Of a stretch of DNA of 64,000 nt, positions 63,387 to 64,000 are shown piece by piece. Location: contig CBFIAF010000020.1 in assembly GCA_965660545.1 (NCBI GenBank), positions 97 to 64,096 of the forward strand, in the 5' to 3' direction. The position numbers and the translations under genes are program-made. The stretch comes from Alphaproteobacteria bacterium (GTDB lineage: Bacteria; Pseudomonadota; Alphaproteobacteria; Bin95). Below the pieces are notes generated by a model. The model did not search any database and was not told the origin of the DNA. It was given only the letters and a program-made list of their open reading frames with translations. The first letter of the stretch is position 1. Every line of letters begins with the position of its first letter.

Positions 63387-63751
63387 TCGAGCGCGCCCTT
63401 TTTCCATTCGTAGATAAAGCCGATGGTCAGAATGCCGAGGAAAGCCATCATCGACCAGAACCCGAATAGGCCAATGTCCCCAAGCGCAACCGCCCAAGGA
63501 AACAGGAAAGCGACTTCAAGATCGAAGATGATAAACAGAATGGCGACCAGATAGAACCGAACGTCAAATTTACCGCGGCTGTCAGAAAACGCCTCGAATC
63601 CACACTCATAGGCCGACACCTTTTCAGGATCCGGCTTTTGACGCGCGATAATGAATGAGGCTGTCACTGCAGCCAATGCGATGCCACCTGCGATCCCAAA
63701 GAATATCAGGATCGGCAAATATTCGATCAGCAGGTTTTCCAACCCAGCCAT
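63377..63751 (-). CDS. nuoA: NADH-quinone oxidoreductase subunit A
   Basis: 124 aa, 3 TM helices, with YECGFEAF and [14 protein letters not shown]. Confidence 0.94.
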   Translation of the reverse strand: MAGLENLLIEYLPILIFFGIAGGIALAAVTASFIIARQKPDPEKVSAYECGFEAFSDSRGKFDVRFYLVAILFIIFDLEVAFLFPWAVALGDIGLFGFWSMMAFLGILTIGFIYEWKKGALEWE

Positions 63752-64000
63752 GCTGGTCCCCCTGGCATGGGCGACTCACCGGCGAGCCTGCCCCTAAACT
63801 GCGCCGCACTCTAGTCAGCCAGCGCGCCATGTGCAATTGACGCTTTGCCACAGATCAAAACATTCTCAATTAAGCGCCCATAAAAACGGCCTGAGACATC
63901 GTTTGAGCCAATACAAACCCAGGCTAAGCCATGAGCGGCCCTATGCTAAGTGCGCCGATCTGCCTTTGTAAGAAACAGCGTAAGCGCCGGGGTTTTTTGA

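Noticed and set aside
63960-64000. gcgccggggttttttga at the window edge, considered as a terminator
   Set aside because: I cannot find the complementary 5' arm inside the window. The structure, if real, is cut by the window boundary.

Overview
This 64-kb chromosomal window looks alphaproteobacterial: it has a MucR/Ros regulator, olsB-olsA-like lipid genes, nuoA-N followed directly by birA-coaX-rnj, and dnaN-recF-gyrB without dnaA. Most of it is ordinary, tightly packed housekeeping. That includes purB, miaB-ybeZ-ybeY-corC-lnt, dnaN-recF-gyrB, leuC/leuD, ffh-rpsP-rimM-trmD-rplS, a complete uninterrupted 14-gene nuo operon, birA, coaX and RNase J, plus scattered metabolic and transport genes. 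I found no CRISPR array, prophage, integrase, toxin-antitoxin pair or recognisable defence cassette, and no convincing new multi-gene system.

The most interesting signal is a deiodinase-like thioredoxin-fold gene (13463-14134, minus strand) that the ORF track splits in two at a single in-frame TGA. The TGA sits exactly at the catalytic Cys/Sec position (FGSYT-U-PPF), and a stem-loop follows at the spacing expected for a bacterial SECIS. This makes it a candidate selenoprotein.

The second theme is gene decay confined to accessory genes:
- a CYP153-like P450 pseudogene truncated by a degenerate IS5-family element
- a very AT-rich orphan tract next to that element
- a tRNA-Leu(UAA) and an orphan ABC ATPase
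- a multiply disrupted membrane PP2C/SpoIIE phosphatase
- a split CheR-like methyltransferase just downstream of gyrB
- a VOC/glyoxalase pseudogene

All product calls come from reading motifs in the supplied translations; no database search was possible. Many ORF-track starts are TTG/GTG or are clearly too far upstream, so start coordinates are less certain than stops.
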